The translations under genes were made by a program, and so were the position numbers. This document shows positions 9,333-19,632 of a stretch of DNA of 64,000 nt, piece after piece. The number at the start of each line of letters is the position of its first letter. The stretch's first letter is position 1. The stretch is from an uncultured Actinomycetes bacterium (GTDB taxonomy: Bacteria > Actinomycetota > Coriobacteriia > Coriobacteriales > Atopobiaceae), in assembly GCA_900314685.1 (NCBI GenBank), contig OMWE01000005.1:25315-89314 (forward strand). The letters run 5' to 3'. Under the pieces are notes generated by a model, which was given only the letters and a program-made list of their open reading frames with translations, had not been told where the DNA came from and made no database searches.

Positions 9333-10847
9333 CTAGGCGGGGTCGCACACCGAGTCGGCGAGCAGACCGATCATGAAACGTACGCCCTGCAGGTACGCGC
9401 GCCGGGTAATGCGCTCGTCCGTACCATGGACGCCACGGGCGCATTCGTCCGCATCGACCACAAAGGCGGAAAACCGCAGGCAGGAATCGCAGATGGGCTC
9501 GTAGGAGCGCGCGTCAGTCGCACCGACCTGCAGCTCGGGGACCAGGCGGACGGCCTCCCCCGTCACGGGGTCACGGAAATAGCGCGCCGCCACGCGCGCG
9601 AGCGCCGCGAAGCCCTCGCTGTCGGCGCGCGAGACCGCGGACGGCTCGTTGTCGCCGCCGAGCAGGCGCACCTCCACGGGCAGGTCGGCGACCAGCTCCT
9701 GGCAGCGCGCGAGCACGTCACCCACCGAGAGCCCCTCGAGGATACGGAAGTTGATCACGGCGCGCATGTCCTGGGGCAGGACGTTATTGGCCTGGGAAGA
9801 CCCCTCGATCACTGTCGGGGCCACGGTCGTCACGACAAAGGCATTGAGGTCGCGGTCGGCAAGACACACCTGCGCAATCTCGTCCGCATGGGCCGCGATC
9901 GTCTCGGCACCACCCGCAACCAGCGGGGCAAGACGCGGGTCGGTCACGGCATCGGCAACGGCTGCGAAGGTAGCCTGGCCGAGTCCCGTGAGCGCCACGG
10001 GCCAGGGGGCTTTGGCGATACGCGTGATCGCCTCGGCCAGGATACCCAGCGAGGTGCCGCCGAAGGGAGTCGAGGAGTGGCCGCCGGCAGAACGGACCGT
10101 CAGCTCGATATCGGCATAGCCCTTCTCGGCGAGCCCGACGCCCATGATCGGCAAGCCGGGCGCGCCGTAGCCAGCGGCGTCTTCGACGAGGTAGGTGCCC
10201 TCGTCCACCACAAAGGCCAGATGCACGCCCCGCTCCCGGAGCACGCGACTCAGGCCCGCGGCGCCGGACTGCAGGTCTTCCTCGTCTTGCCCAAAGGCGA
10301 GGATGAGCGGGCGACGCAGACGCCAGCCGTGCGCGAGCGCATATTCGACAGCCTCGAGCTCGCCTGCGACCTGGTCTTTCATATCGACGGAGCCGCGACC
10401 CCAGACATAGGTCTCGTCCACATGGCCTGAGTAGGCGTCGTACGTCCAGTCGGCTTCGGTGCCCTCGACGACAGGGACGACGTCCATGTGGCCCATGAAG
10501 AGCACGGGGTCGAGGCCTTGGGCGGAGGAGGACGCGGCGATATCTGGGCTAGGCGCGGAAGTAGAACCGGGCGTGTCGGCAGGCGCGAAGCCAACGGCGC
10601 AATCGGGCACCAGGGTCAACAGCAGCGAGTGGTCCACGAGCTCGACCTGCGCCGCGGAGAAGACATGCGGCCACGTAGCACGCATATACGCTTGAAGACG
10701 ATCGAACTCGCCCCAATCCGTGAGGGTCGGGTCGAGATGGCTGACCGTACGGAAACGCAGCAAGCCAGCCATGCGCTCGACAACCGCCGCCTCGTCGAGG
10801 TCGGGATAGTCGTCCTCGTGTGCGAAGTACTTCCAGACGTCGGCCAT
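9333..10847 (-). CDS. M20/M25/M40 metallopeptidase (carboxypeptidase S-like)
   Basis: GHMDVVP, GRGSVDMK, DEE, VDEG, GGHSS, GATD, HGTDER motifs. Confidence 0.88.
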   Translation of the reverse strand: MADVWKYFAHEDDYPDLDEAAVVERMAGLLRFRTVSHLDPTLTDWGEFDRLQAYMRATWPHVFSAAQVELVDHSLLLTLVPDCAVGFAPADTPGSTSAPSPDIAASSSAQGLDPVLFMGHMDVVPVVEGTEADWTYDAYSGHVDETYVWGRGSVDMKDQVAGELEAVEYALAHGWRLRRPLILAFGQDEEDLQSGAAGLSRVLRERGVHLAFVVDEGTYLVEDAAGYGAPGLPIMGVGLAEKGYADIELTVRSAGGHSSTPFGGTSLGILAEAITRIAKAPWPVALTGLGQATFAAVADAVTDPRLAPLVAGGAETIAAHADEIAQVCLADRDLNAFVVTTVAPTVIEGSSQANNVLPQDMRAVINFRILEGLSVGDVLARCQELVADLPVEVRLLGGDNEPSAVSRADSEGFAALARVAARYFRDPVTGEAVRLVPELQVGATDARSYEPICDSCLRFSAFVVDADECARGVHGTDERITRRAYLQGVRFMIGLLADSVCDPA

Positions 10848-10856
10848 GGGGTGCGC

Positions 10857-11687
10857 CTAAACGGTGGTGTCAGCCGGTGCGGCAGGTGCAGGCGCGGCGG
10901 TAGCCGGTGCGGCGTACGCGGGCGCGACGCCGGCCTCGTCCGCGGGCTCGTCCAGATAGCGCGCCAGGAACTCGCGGGTACGGGCCTCGCGCGGGCGCGA
11001 GAAGATATCGGCCGGCGCACCCTGCTCCAGGATGATGCCCTTATCCATAAAGACCACGCGGTCCGAGACGCCCTTGGCAAAGGCCATCTCGTGCGTGACC
11101 ACGACCATGGTCATACCGTTCTCGGCCAGGCTGCGCATGACGCTCAAGACCTCGCCGACGATCTCGGGGTCCAGGGCGGAGGTCGGCTCGTCGAAGAGCA
11201 TGATCTCGGGATTCATGCAGAGGGCACGCGCGATGGCCACGCGCTGCTTCTGGCCGCCCGAAAGCGAGGTCACGGGCGCCTTGGCAAAGGAGGCCAGTCC
11301 CACGGACTCCAGGTGCTTCATCGCGACCTTCTCGGCCTCGGCCTTGCCCATCTTCTTGAGCGCGACCGGGGCGAGCGTGCAATTGTCCAGCACGTTCTTA
11401 TTGGCAAAGAGGTTGAAGCCCTGGAAGACCATGCCGATCGACTGGCGGAGCGTGTCCACGTCCGTCTTGGGGCCGGTGAGGTCCTCGCCGTGGTACCAGA
11501 CGTGGCCGGCATCGGGGGTCTCAAGCAGGTTGATGCAGCGCAGCAGCGTGGACTTGCCGGAGCCCGACGCGCCGATGATGGTGACGACCTCGCCGGGATT
11601 GACCTCGAAATTGATGTCCTTGAGCACCTCGAGCGACCCGAAAGACTTGCGCAGGCCCTCGACGCGGATGAGCGGTTCTTGTGACAT
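10857..11687 (-). CDS. Polar amino-acid ABC transporter ATP-binding subunit (GlnQ-like)
   Basis: [32 protein letters not shown]. Confidence 0.95.
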   Translation of the reverse strand: MSQEPLIRVEGLRKSFGSLEVLKDINFEVNPGEVVTIIGASGSGKSTLLRCINLLETPDAGHVWYHGEDLTGPKTDVDTLRQSIGMVFQGFNLFANKNVLDNCTLAPVALKKMGKAEAEKVAMKHLESVGLASFAKAPVTSLSGGQKQRVAIARALCMNPEIMLFDEPTSALDPEIVGEVLSVMRSLAENGMTMVVVTHEMAFAKGVSDRVVFMDKGIILEQGAPADIFSRPREARTREFLARYLDEPADEAGVAPAYAAPATAAPAPAAPADTTV

Positions 11688-11723
11688 GGGATTGCCTCCT
11701 CGTACGTCCGGTGTGGGCTGCGT

Positions 11724-12929
11724 CTAGTTGGAGCTCGGGACCGACTCGGGCGCCTTGGCGGTCAGCGCGATCGAGAGACGGGCGAGCAGGCGCGTCGCGA
11801 CATAGGTGAGCAGCAGGTAGATGAGGGCCGCGAGCACGTAGGCGGGCATCTGGTTGTAGTAGATGCCGACCACGGACGTCGTGGCAAACATCAGGTCAAA
11901 CACGCCGACGACCGACAGCACGGAGGAGTCCTTGATGTTGATGACGACCTCGTTGGAGAGGGCGGGGATGGCGTTGCGCACGCCCTGGGGGAAGACGACC
12001 TTGGTCATCGCCTGCCACTGCGAGAGGCCCAGCGACCGGGCCGCCTCGGTCTGGCCGGGGTCGACGGCCTCGATGCCGCCGCGCAGTGCCTCCATGATGT
12101 AGGCGGTGGAGTTGAGCGAGATGATCACGAGACCCGCGATGAAGGTGGTCCAGACGTGCGTGACCTCCGTCGTCGTCATGCCCGTGGATTTGAAGGCGAG
12201 GAAGCCGCCTGTGTAGATGATGAGGCCCTGCACCATCATCGGGGTGCCGCGGACCACGGTGCTGTAGAGCGAGGCAAAACCGGAGCCCACAATCTTGAGG
12301 AACTTGACGAAGTCGTTGTCCTTGCGGTTGGGTGTCTGGATGCGCAGGAAGACCATGAGCAGCGCGAGGAAGAAGGCGATCACGGTGCCGAAGACCGCGA
12401 GCTCGATGGTGGTGGAGATGCCGCGCACGTACATGGACTGCGAGGCGGCCATCATGTAGATCGCGCTCTCGACGAAGCCATCGGGCACCGTGGGCGCGGC
12501 CGCCGCGTCCTGCGCCATCGCGACAAAGCCAAAGACGGCTCGATCGAGCACCACGAGCGCGACGAGGGTCCACACGACGTAGGCGCAGATCTTCTCGATC
12601 CGCTTCATCTTGTCCGTACAGGCCCAGGTGGCGGCGTAACGCGCAGGATCCCAGTGCGTGAGCTTGGTGACCAGCGCCACAGCGGCAAAGACAAACCAGG
12701 CGCCGAGCACCGCCTTTGCCGCCAGGTCGAGCGCGGGCACCGCGAGGAAGCTGTAGCGCGAGGGCGCCCCCTGCAGCAAGGCGTAGGCGATGCAAGCCAG
12801 CACGCTCGTCCCCAAGAAGACATACCGGTGGTCGGTGCCCAGGAACTTCTTGACCCTGCGCGAGAAGGTTTTCTTCTCCGCTGCCGCAAAGTCGGCATTC
12901 ATGCCCGCTGGGCCTGTTTTCTGTGCCAT
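11724..12929 (-). CDS. Polar amino-acid ABC transporter permease with long N-terminal membrane extension
   Basis: RGTPMMVQ and EAARSLGLS (EAA loop); start placed at ATG 12929 behind GGGGAGAG. Confidence 0.9.
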   Translation of the reverse strand: MAQKTGPAGMNADFAAAEKKTFSRRVKKFLGTDHRYVFLGTSVLACIAYALLQGAPSRYSFLAVPALDLAAKAVLGAWFVFAAVALVTKLTHWDPARYAATWACTDKMKRIEKICAYVVWTLVALVVLDRAVFGFVAMAQDAAAAPTVPDGFVESAIYMMAASQSMYVRGISTTIELAVFGTVIAFFLALLMVFLRIQTPNRKDNDFVKFLKIVGSGFASLYSTVVRGTPMMVQGLIIYTGGFLAFKSTGMTTTEVTHVWTTFIAGLVIISLNSTAYIMEALRGGIEAVDPGQTEAARSLGLSQWQAMTKVVFPQGVRNAIPALSNEVVINIKDSSVLSVVGVFDLMFATTSVVGIYYNQMPAYVLAALIYLLLTYVATRLLARLSIALTAKAPESVPSSN

Positions 12930-13151
12930 CTCTCCCCATTTCCCTGGCAGGGACCGGAACGCGGCGTCCACGACACCGCAGACTCGAGTACCAAAACCAA
13001 TACTAATGCATGCGACGGACACCATGCTCTACCGCAAAAGCCTGACAGGGTCTCCCCTGCCAGGCTTCTCGCTCATGTGGCGCCCGAGCAACGGGCGCGG
13101 CAGCTCATCGGGCAGGCCGTGCGGCGTCCGGCCCGGTGGGCAACGTGTGTC

Positions 13152-14087
13152 TTACTTGGGCTGACGATCGACCGCGGCGTCGAACATCTCCTGACGCGTG
13201 TCGTCGTCGACCTCGGCGAGGATGTCGTTGATCTGGGCGAGCAGGTCGTCCTGGCCCTTCTTGAGGCCGACGTTGGCCGGCACCGTCTCCTGGAAGCCGT
13301 CGCCTTCGGCAAACTGCACCGCGACGAAATTGGGGTTGGCGTCCAGGAAGCCCTTGGTATTCTCGACGTTGTAGGTGATGGCGTCGCAGGTGCCGGCGTT
13401 GAGAGCGGAGACCTGGGCGGGAACGGAGTCGACCGGGGTCAGGTGGTTGACGCCGTCGATGTCCTCGATGATGTCGTCGAGCATGGTGCCCTTCTGCCCC
13501 AGGACCGCGGCGCCGGCAAAGTCCGCGAGCGACGTGGCGCTGGCGTAGTCGGAATCCTTGAGGACCAGCAGGCCGAAGCTGCCGACGAAGTACGGGTCGG
13601 AGAAGTCGATCTGCTTCTTGCGCTCGTCGGTGGCAGACATGCCGGCGATGATGCAGTCGATCGTACCATTGTTGACGGCGTTGATAAGGCCGTCCCATGC
13701 GAGCTTGACAGCGACCGGCGTGCGGCCCAGGCCCTCGCCGATCTTCTTTGCAAACTGGACGTCGTAGCCGTCGGCGTACTGGCCGTCCATGTCGGCGATG
13801 GGGATGGTGAACTCGGTCTCCTCGTCGGTCTGCCAGTTGTAGGGGGCGTAGGCGGCCTCCATGCCCACGCGCAGCGTGGACTCATCGGAAGACGGGCTCG
13901 CGGAGCCGGCAGACGAGCCGGCGCTCGTGGAGGAACCGGAGCCACCGCAGGCGGTCAGCAGCGTCATGCCGCCGATCGTGAGGACGGAAAGCCCAGAAGC
14001 CTTGAGGAAACCACGGCGTCCCAGCATACGGACCTTCGCCTCCGGAATAGATGACGACTCAGTACCGATATTGCGCTTCTCGCTCAT
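13152..14087 (-). CDS. Amino-acid ABC substrate-binding lipoprotein (SBP_bac_3) with Tat-like signal
   Basis: GRRGFLK twin-arginine motif, LTAC lipobox, LRVGMEAAYAPYNW, GMSATDERK. Confidence 0.9.
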   Translation of the reverse strand: MSEKRNIGTESSSIPEAKVRMLGRRGFLKASGLSVLTIGGMTLLTACGGSGSSTSAGSSAGSASPSSDESTLRVGMEAAYAPYNWQTDEETEFTIPIADMDGQYADGYDVQFAKKIGEGLGRTPVAVKLAWDGLINAVNNGTIDCIIAGMSATDERKKQIDFSDPYFVGSFGLLVLKDSDYASATSLADFAGAAVLGQKGTMLDDIIEDIDGVNHLTPVDSVPAQVSALNAGTCDAITYNVENTKGFLDANPNFVAVQFAEGDGFQETVPANVGLKKGQDDLLAQINDILAEVDDDTRQEMFDAAVDRQPK

Positions 14088-14376
14088 AGTGCACCTCTTC
14101 TTTCTGGCTTTTGCCCTCTGGCTTGCGCCGGACCCCTTTCACACGCGCGACCGGTTGGGCCCCATGCCCAACCCCCTTGCAACTCAATGCGTGAAAGTCT
14201 CGCGTAGTTTGCAGTATAGGCACCGCGGGTCAGACGGACGGACCATCCACCGACTGGAAACGGTAAGGCAACAATACCTATAAAGGTTGATATATGGGCC
14301 GTGACGGCGGGACGAGCCTCAGGCGCGGCGGCTGGTCTCAGGCGCGCCCGTCAGCAACAGGCTGCAGGCTCGCTCG

Positions 14377-15453
14377 TCAGCAGCGGGCCTCGAGGGGCGT
14401 GAGCTCCTGGGCGTCGCGCTGCCCGACGTAGGAGATGAAGCGCCCCTCCGCCATGGTCATCGTCACGTTTTTGCTGCGTATGGGCGAGAGCATGATGGCC
14501 ATCATGCGGCTGCGCGGACGCGCCACCTGCGCGGCGAGCTGGGCGCGGTCGGAGCTAATCATGGTCTGTACGCGGGCGCGCTTCTCCGCATCCGACAGGT
14601 CGCAGGCGGGGTCGCACACGTTCCGGATGCAGCCGAGCAGGCGCTCGATATAGCGGCGCTGCACCATCTCCATGCTGGCCGGGTCGCCGTCGAGGCCCCA
14701 ATGCCGGTAGAGGTCGAGCAGCAGGCCATGTTCTTCTTCTCGCCGCTCGTACAGATCGGGATACCAACCGGCTGCCTTGGCCCCGCCACTCCGATAGGTG
14801 AAGTGATAGTACGGGTGCGAGAGCACACCGACGCGCTCGACGTCGCGGATGAAGTCCAGCACAAAGGGGAACCCGGCTCGCGGCGCGGGGGCGAAACGCA
14901 GGCCCAGCCCCTCGATGCGGGAGCGGAGGAAAAGCTTGCCCCAGGGCTGATAGAGCTGGTTGGCCTCGAAAATCTGCCAGGCAGCCGCGCGAAAATCGGC
15001 CTGCGTGTCGTAGACGGCGTCCGGGCACGCCCTGACTTCGGCGCGATAGTCGCCTCTGTCGCCCACATAGGTGTCGATGTAAAAGCCTGAGACGGCGAGC
15101 TCCAGACGGTTGGCGTCGGAGAGTGAAACAAGGCCGGCGAGCATATGCGGCTCGGCCCAGTCATGGGCGTCCATGAACATCACGTACTCGCCGCGGGCGT
15201 GGTCGAGCGCCAGATTGCGCGCCGCTGAGGTGCCGGGCTCGACGCGATGAAAGACGTCAATCCGCAGGTCGCGGTCGGCCAGACGGTCGAGGATGTCGCC
15301 CGTATGGTCCGTCGAGCCGTCGTCCACCACGAGGAGCTCGAAATCCTCCATCGTCTGCCGCTGCAGGCTCTCGACGGCACGCGTCACATACGCATCGACA
15401 TTATGGGCGGGCATCACTACCGAGACCCGCGGCTTGTCGATCGAATGTATCAT
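14377..15453 (-). CDS. Glycosyltransferase family 2
   Basis: VSVVMPAHN, VVDDGSTD, ARNLAL; start uncertain (15453 or 15513). Confidence 0.85.
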   Translation of the reverse strand: MIHSIDKPRVSVVMPAHNVDAYVTRAVESLQRQTMEDFELLVVDDGSTDHTGDILDRLADRDLRIDVFHRVEPGTSAARNLALDHARGEYVMFMDAHDWAEPHMLAGLVSLSDANRLELAVSGFYIDTYVGDRGDYRAEVRACPDAVYDTQADFRAAAWQIFEANQLYQPWGKLFLRSRIEGLGLRFAPAPRAGFPFVLDFIRDVERVGVLSHPYYHFTYRSGGAKAAGWYPDLYERREEEHGLLLDLYRHWGLDGDPASMEMVQRRYIERLLGCIRNVCDPACDLSDAEKRARVQTMISSDRAQLAAQVARPRSRMMAIMLSPIRSKNVTMTMAEGRFISYVGQRDAQELTPLEARC

Positions 15454-15707
15454 CCCCGGACGCGCTCCATCCACATGTATGCTGCTATACCAAACATGTC
15501 CAGTGTGTTTCATGCAAGCTCGATTATCGCGCCTCGGGCACCGCCGCCCCGCCGCGCGCTGCCGCTCTCACGGAGTCAACAAACATGTGTTGGCATTGCG
15601 AAGACGGACACTCCCGTTGTGCCGCTTACCGAGAAACTCAGGCCATTCCCCGCCTGTTTGTGCACCCGCCCATGGAAGAGGTCCTTACCGAAGCGCGGCG
15701 CCCAGGC

Positions 15708-16490
15708 TTACGCGGCGACGAGCGTCCCGATCTGCGCGTCGAGCTGCGTCGCATCAATGACCGAGGTAGCGGTGCCGTCGTCGAGGCTACCGGCGGAAAC
15801 CGGCGCGTCGGCGCGCGTCCAATTCGCGACGCCGGTGGACTGCACGAGCTCGGCCACGTCCATGAGCTGGTCGTTGTCCATGTCCGTCTTGATGGAGGAA
15901 ATGAGATCGGAGTCGGAGCCGAGGATCGCATGCACACCTGACCCCTTGTAGCTCGCGAGCTTGTCCCAGATCTCGCTCGTGGCGACGATCGCGTGGCTGA
16001 GCTGCGTGTTTGTAGCGGCGGCGACAGGCGCGATGCAGGCGGAGGCACCCGAGCTTGCAAAGAGGGCCGCAAGTGTGGTGTTGCCCGCCTCTGTCGTGAG
16101 CTGGGTGTCGAGCGGGAGGCTGACGAGCGTGCCCGTACCTGCGGAAACGTTGATGGAGAGGAGCTGCGCCGAGGTGAGCGTCGGGCTTTCGGCGTCGAGG
16201 TCGTCGACGGTGAGCAGCAGTACGTTGGTGAAGGTGTCGGTCGATGCGGTGTAGCCGTCGCCCGGGCCAGCGACCGCAGCCTGAGACGCAACGGCCGAGC
16301 TCAGGTCGGCGTCCGAGAGCCTGCTGTCGATGCCGGAGCGCGACCGCGCCCATGCGAAACCGATGGCCAGGCCCACTACCAGGAAGACGAGCACGCCGAC
16401 CGCCAGCGCGGTACCGCCGGCCATAGACTTCGACACATCGCTGCGCTCGAAGCGCTCCCTCTTGTGCAGCATCGTGGCCCCTCTCGACAT
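15708..16490 (-). CDS. Single-pass membrane protein with degenerate LytR-CpsA-Psr (LCP)-like domain
   Basis: TM helix then NVLLLTVD...LLSIN...LVSLPLDT and C-terminal IKTDM, following the LCP scaffold but lacking the catalytic Arg residues. Confidence 0.55.
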   Translation of the reverse strand: MSRGATMLHKRERFERSDVSKSMAGGTALAVGVLVFLVVGLAIGFAWARSRSGIDSRLSDADLSSAVASQAAVAGPGDGYTASTDTFTNVLLLTVDDLDAESPTLTSAQLLSINVSAGTGTLVSLPLDTQLTTEAGNTTLAALFASSGASACIAPVAAATNTQLSHAIVATSEIWDKLASYKGSGVHAILGSDSDLISSIKTDMDNDQLMDVAELVQSTGVANWTRADAPVSAGSLDDGTATSVIDATQLDAQIGTLVAA

Positions 16491-16643
16491 GCGGACACCC
16501 CCGGCAATCGGCCCGTACGACCATAGGCCCCTGGGCCCTTACGACCATGCAGCACTCCACAGTGCATTCACGCGCCCCACCATACGGATCCGCGCGCTGC
16601 GCTGGCGTGAGCGCCCTCTCTATCCGCTTGCGCCTATGAACAA

Positions 16644-17645
16644 CTACAGCAGTATACCTGAGGCGCCCACGGCAAGACCTGCGACAACGCCGACGGCATA
16701 GATGAAGGCTGTGATGAGGAGGTTCTGGCGCAGGTGGTCGTTGGTCCGGAAGAGGACAAGCAGGCCGACGCCGCCCGAGACGAGCAGGCCGGCGATCATC
16801 TGGCCGCACGGCAGGGTACCGTCGAGATAGAGCTCGGTCAGGGCGACCGATGCGCCGCAATTGGGGATGAGACCGATCAGGGCAGCCAGCAGGGTACCGC
16901 GCACGGGATGGACGGCGAGCGCCGCGCCGATGGCGTCGCTCCCGATCACCTCGATGAGCAGGCCGAACGCAAAGGTCACAAGGAAGATAAAGGCGGTCAC
17001 CTGCACGGTATGGGCTAGCGCGCTGTGGGCGATGTGCGCGAGACGGCTACCGTGGTGGTGGGCGTGAGCGTGGCCGTGACCGTGGCCGTGGTGATCATCG
17101 GCGCCTTCTCCCGTATCGGCCGCGCGTGTCACTCCCCGTGCCGCTCCTCCGTCACCTGTCACGTCCTCCTCGTCCTCCACCTCGTCGCAGTCGCAATGTT
17201 CGCGTTCGCAGAGCTCGGCGATGTGGAGCTTGCCGTCGCCCGTGCGATGCAAGGCGCGCAGGACGGCATCCACGGCAAAGCCGACCACGATGCCTACGAG
17301 GACCTTGATGCCGATAATCGCGAGCAGACGGCCGACCGGCTCATGGTGCGCGATAAAGACGGGCACCATTTCGTCGGACGTCGAGAGGATCACTGCGACC
17401 AACGTGCCTACGGTCACGACGCGTCCGGCGTAGAGCGTCGCCGCCATGGCCGAAAACCCGCACTGCGGCAGGGCGCCGAGCAGGGCCCCGACCAGTGGGC
17501 CCGTTTTACCCGCACGCGCGACGATGCGCTCGGCGCGGCCCTCCATGCTGTGCTCGAGCGCCTCCATCGCGAGATAGGTCATGAAAAGGAAGGGGATGAG
17601 CTCGAGCGTGTCTTTCACACTATCCAGCAATACATCAAGAAACAT
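16644..17645 (-). CDS. Putative manganese transporter-family membrane protein with His-rich loop
   Basis: Multiple TMs, LPQCGFS / STSDE / IPNCGAS motifs, HHGHGHGHAHAHHH loop. Confidence 0.7.
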   Translation of the reverse strand: MFLDVLLDSVKDTLELIPFLFMTYLAMEALEHSMEGRAERIVARAGKTGPLVGALLGALPQCGFSAMAATLYAGRVVTVGTLVAVILSTSDEMVPVFIAHHEPVGRLLAIIGIKVLVGIVVGFAVDAVLRALHRTGDGKLHIAELCEREHCDCDEVEDEEDVTGDGGAARGVTRAADTGEGADDHHGHGHGHAHAHHHGSRLAHIAHSALAHTVQVTAFIFLVTFAFGLLIEVIGSDAIGAALAVHPVRGTLLAALIGLIPNCGASVALTELYLDGTLPCGQMIAGLLVSGGVGLLVLFRTNDHLRQNLLITAFIYAVGVVAGLAVGASGILL

Positions 17646-17818
17646 GGGAAAGCCTCCAGGGTCATTATTTGCCTGTAGCACTATACCCTACCTTCTAGCT
17701 GGGATTTCATGAATTTGTATTCATATGAATGCCTGCTCAGCGGCGCAATTGTTCATGTGCACGGGCGCGCCCGCTTGCGCCGACCCCAAACGTGCCCTCG
17801 CACCAAAGCCGACGGAAG

Positions 17819-18043
17819 CCCCTATTCGAAAATATGACCCTTTTGAGTCATTGGCGCGATTCCGAGGAGATTTCTATCAGGCCGTCTACTGTTCTTAAGC
17901 CGTTCACCTGCGAATATGCATTTTTTAATTATCGACATAGTCTCGTGTTTTACCGAGCAGAGACGACACCTCATCTACCTGCATTTTTTCAAGCGGTCAC
18001 GACCCTGCAGATGACTCATAAGGGTCATATTTTCGAATGGGGG
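17819..18043. repeat. Long inverted repeat pair (MITE/REP-like element)
   Basis: 17824-17851 is the reverse complement of 18011-18038 with 1 mismatch in 28 bp (extends to 33 bp with 2 mismatches); AT-richer interior with no credible gene. Confidence 0.8.
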
Positions 18044-18120
18044 GTCCGATGGGCGAACGTTTGCTGTCCTTCGTTCGGCCGCAATGCCCAACCTTTGCGC
18101 ACTTTCGCATCGATACAACG

Positions 18121-18972
18121 CTACAACCAAGGAGTCAGTACGCCTGAAGGATAATCCACGCACTCGAGGACGAGGCCCTGGGCGGGCGCGGTGGGTCCTG
18201 CGGCGCAGCGGTCACGTGCGGCGAGCACGTCGGCGACCCAGCCGACGGGACGATGGCCGCGGCCGACTTCGACCAGCGTACCGACGATCGCACGGACCAT
18301 ATTGTGCAGGAAGGCATTTCCGGCAACATCGAAGACAATCAGGCGCTCCCCCGCCTCGACCGTCACGTCCACGGACACATCCGAGAGGTTGCGCGAGGTA
18401 GACCGTCCGTCAGCTATAAGTAGCTCGGCTGACGATGCCTTGCAGAAACTACGGAAATCATGCTCGCCCACGAGGGGGCGTGCGGCGGCATTCATCGCGT
18501 CGACGTCGAGCTCGGGCACTGTGCGCAGCCACCAAGTATGGTCCCAGCCCATCACGGGGCGGGTCGGACCGCAGGCGACACGGTAGCGGTAGTGGCGCGC
18601 CTCGGCATCGAAGCGAGCGGAGAAGCCGGCAGGCGCCCGGTGGAGCGCACGGATGGAGATGTCGTCCGGCGTGAGCGCAACCAGCGACGACATGAGCCGG
18701 CGTGCGGGCATCGAGAGCTCAGCTGCGGTCGCAGGAAAGCTGACGTATTGTGCCAGGGCATGCACGCCGGCATCGGTGCGGCCAGCACAATCCATCTCGA
18801 TCGGGCGGCGAAGCACGGTCTCGAGCGCCCGCCGCATCTCGCCGGCGACGGTACGCTGGCCAGGCTGTTCGGCATAACCGGCGAAGTGGGCACCGCGATA
18901 ACCGAGTTCTACCGCTATCGCCTCTGTGAACGTAAGCTCTTCCGTCAGGGCGCCCGCTGTCTCTTCCGCCAT
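18121..18972 (-). CDS. truA: tRNA pseudouridine(38-40) synthase
   Basis: AGRTDAGVHA catalytic motif, HDFRSF, AFLHNMVRAIVG, APAQGL; follows rplQ. Confidence 0.93.
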   Translation of the reverse strand: MAEETAGALTEELTFTEAIAVELGYRGAHFAGYAEQPGQRTVAGEMRRALETVLRRPIEMDCAGRTDAGVHALAQYVSFPATAAELSMPARRLMSSLVALTPDDISIRALHRAPAGFSARFDAEARHYRYRVACGPTRPVMGWDHTWWLRTVPELDVDAMNAAARPLVGEHDFRSFCKASSAELLIADGRSTSRNLSDVSVDVTVEAGERLIVFDVAGNAFLHNMVRAIVGTLVEVGRGHRPVGWVADVLAARDRCAAGPTAPAQGLVLECVDYPSGVLTPWL

Positions 18973-19036
18973 GCCAACCTCCTCCGTCGCTAGCCTACCG
19001 CATCTCGCCAGCCTAGGGTCCGTCAAGCGCCCGTAC

Positions 19037-19065
19037 AAAAAGAGGCCCGGACGAACCGGGCCTCT
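19037..19065 (-). terminator. Intrinsic terminator after rplQ
   Basis: 10-bp stem AGAGGCCCGG/CCGGGCCTCT, 5-nt loop, T-tract on minus strand. Confidence 0.8.
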
Positions 19066-19089
19066 GACTCGCTATGTGCGATTGCGGGG

Positions 19090-19590
19090 TTACTCCGCGG
19101 GGGTCTCCTCAGCCTCGGCCGCGGGCTCCTCGGCGGGAGCCTCCTCGACCACGGCCTCCTCGACGACCGGCTCGGCCTTGGGGGTCTCCTCGACCTTGGT
19201 GACCTTGCTGACCGGCTTCTTGGCCACCGGCTCGGTCACGAGCTCGATGATGACGACCTCGGCTCCGTCGCCCTTGCGGGGACCGAGCTTCATGATGCGG
19301 GTGTAACCGCCGTTGCGGTCGTCCCACTGACCCTGGGCGGCGCGGTCAAAGACCTCGCGCACGACTTCCTTGTCGCCCACCTTGGCGATGGCGAGACGGC
19401 GGGAAGCCACGTCGCCCTTCTTGGCCCAGGTGATGACCTTGTCGACGTCGGGGCGAATCGCCTTGGCGCGCTGGTCGAGGGTCTTGATGCGGTCGTTGGC
19501 AAGAAGCGCGCAGATCAGGCTCTTCTTCATTGCCTTGGTATGGCTGGCATCGGTGCCGAGCTTCATACCCCTCTTCTTGTTGTGTCTCAT
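19090..19590 (-). CDS. rplQ: 50S ribosomal protein L17 with acidic C-terminal tail
   Basis: MRHNKKRGMKLG..., RNGGYTRIMKLGPRKGD. Confidence 0.97.
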   Translation of the reverse strand: MRHNKKRGMKLGTDASHTKAMKKSLICALLANDRIKTLDQRAKAIRPDVDKVITWAKKGDVASRRLAIAKVGDKEVVREVFDRAAQGQWDDRNGGYTRIMKLGPRKGDGAEVVIIELVTEPVAKKPVSKVTKVEETPKAEPVVEEAVVEEAPAEEPAAEAEETPAE

Positions 19591-19632
19591 GGTCTAGCCA
19601 CTCCTCTAAGTGCTGATGTTGGTGATGGTCCG

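Noticed and set aside
12156-14054. 632-aa plus-strand ORF
   Set aside because: Antisense shadow of the ABC permease and binding-protein genes
14088-14376. Possible T-box or lysine riboswitch ahead of the amino-acid ABC operon
   Set aside because: No T-box consensus found; the AGAGGTGC word is simply the RBS region
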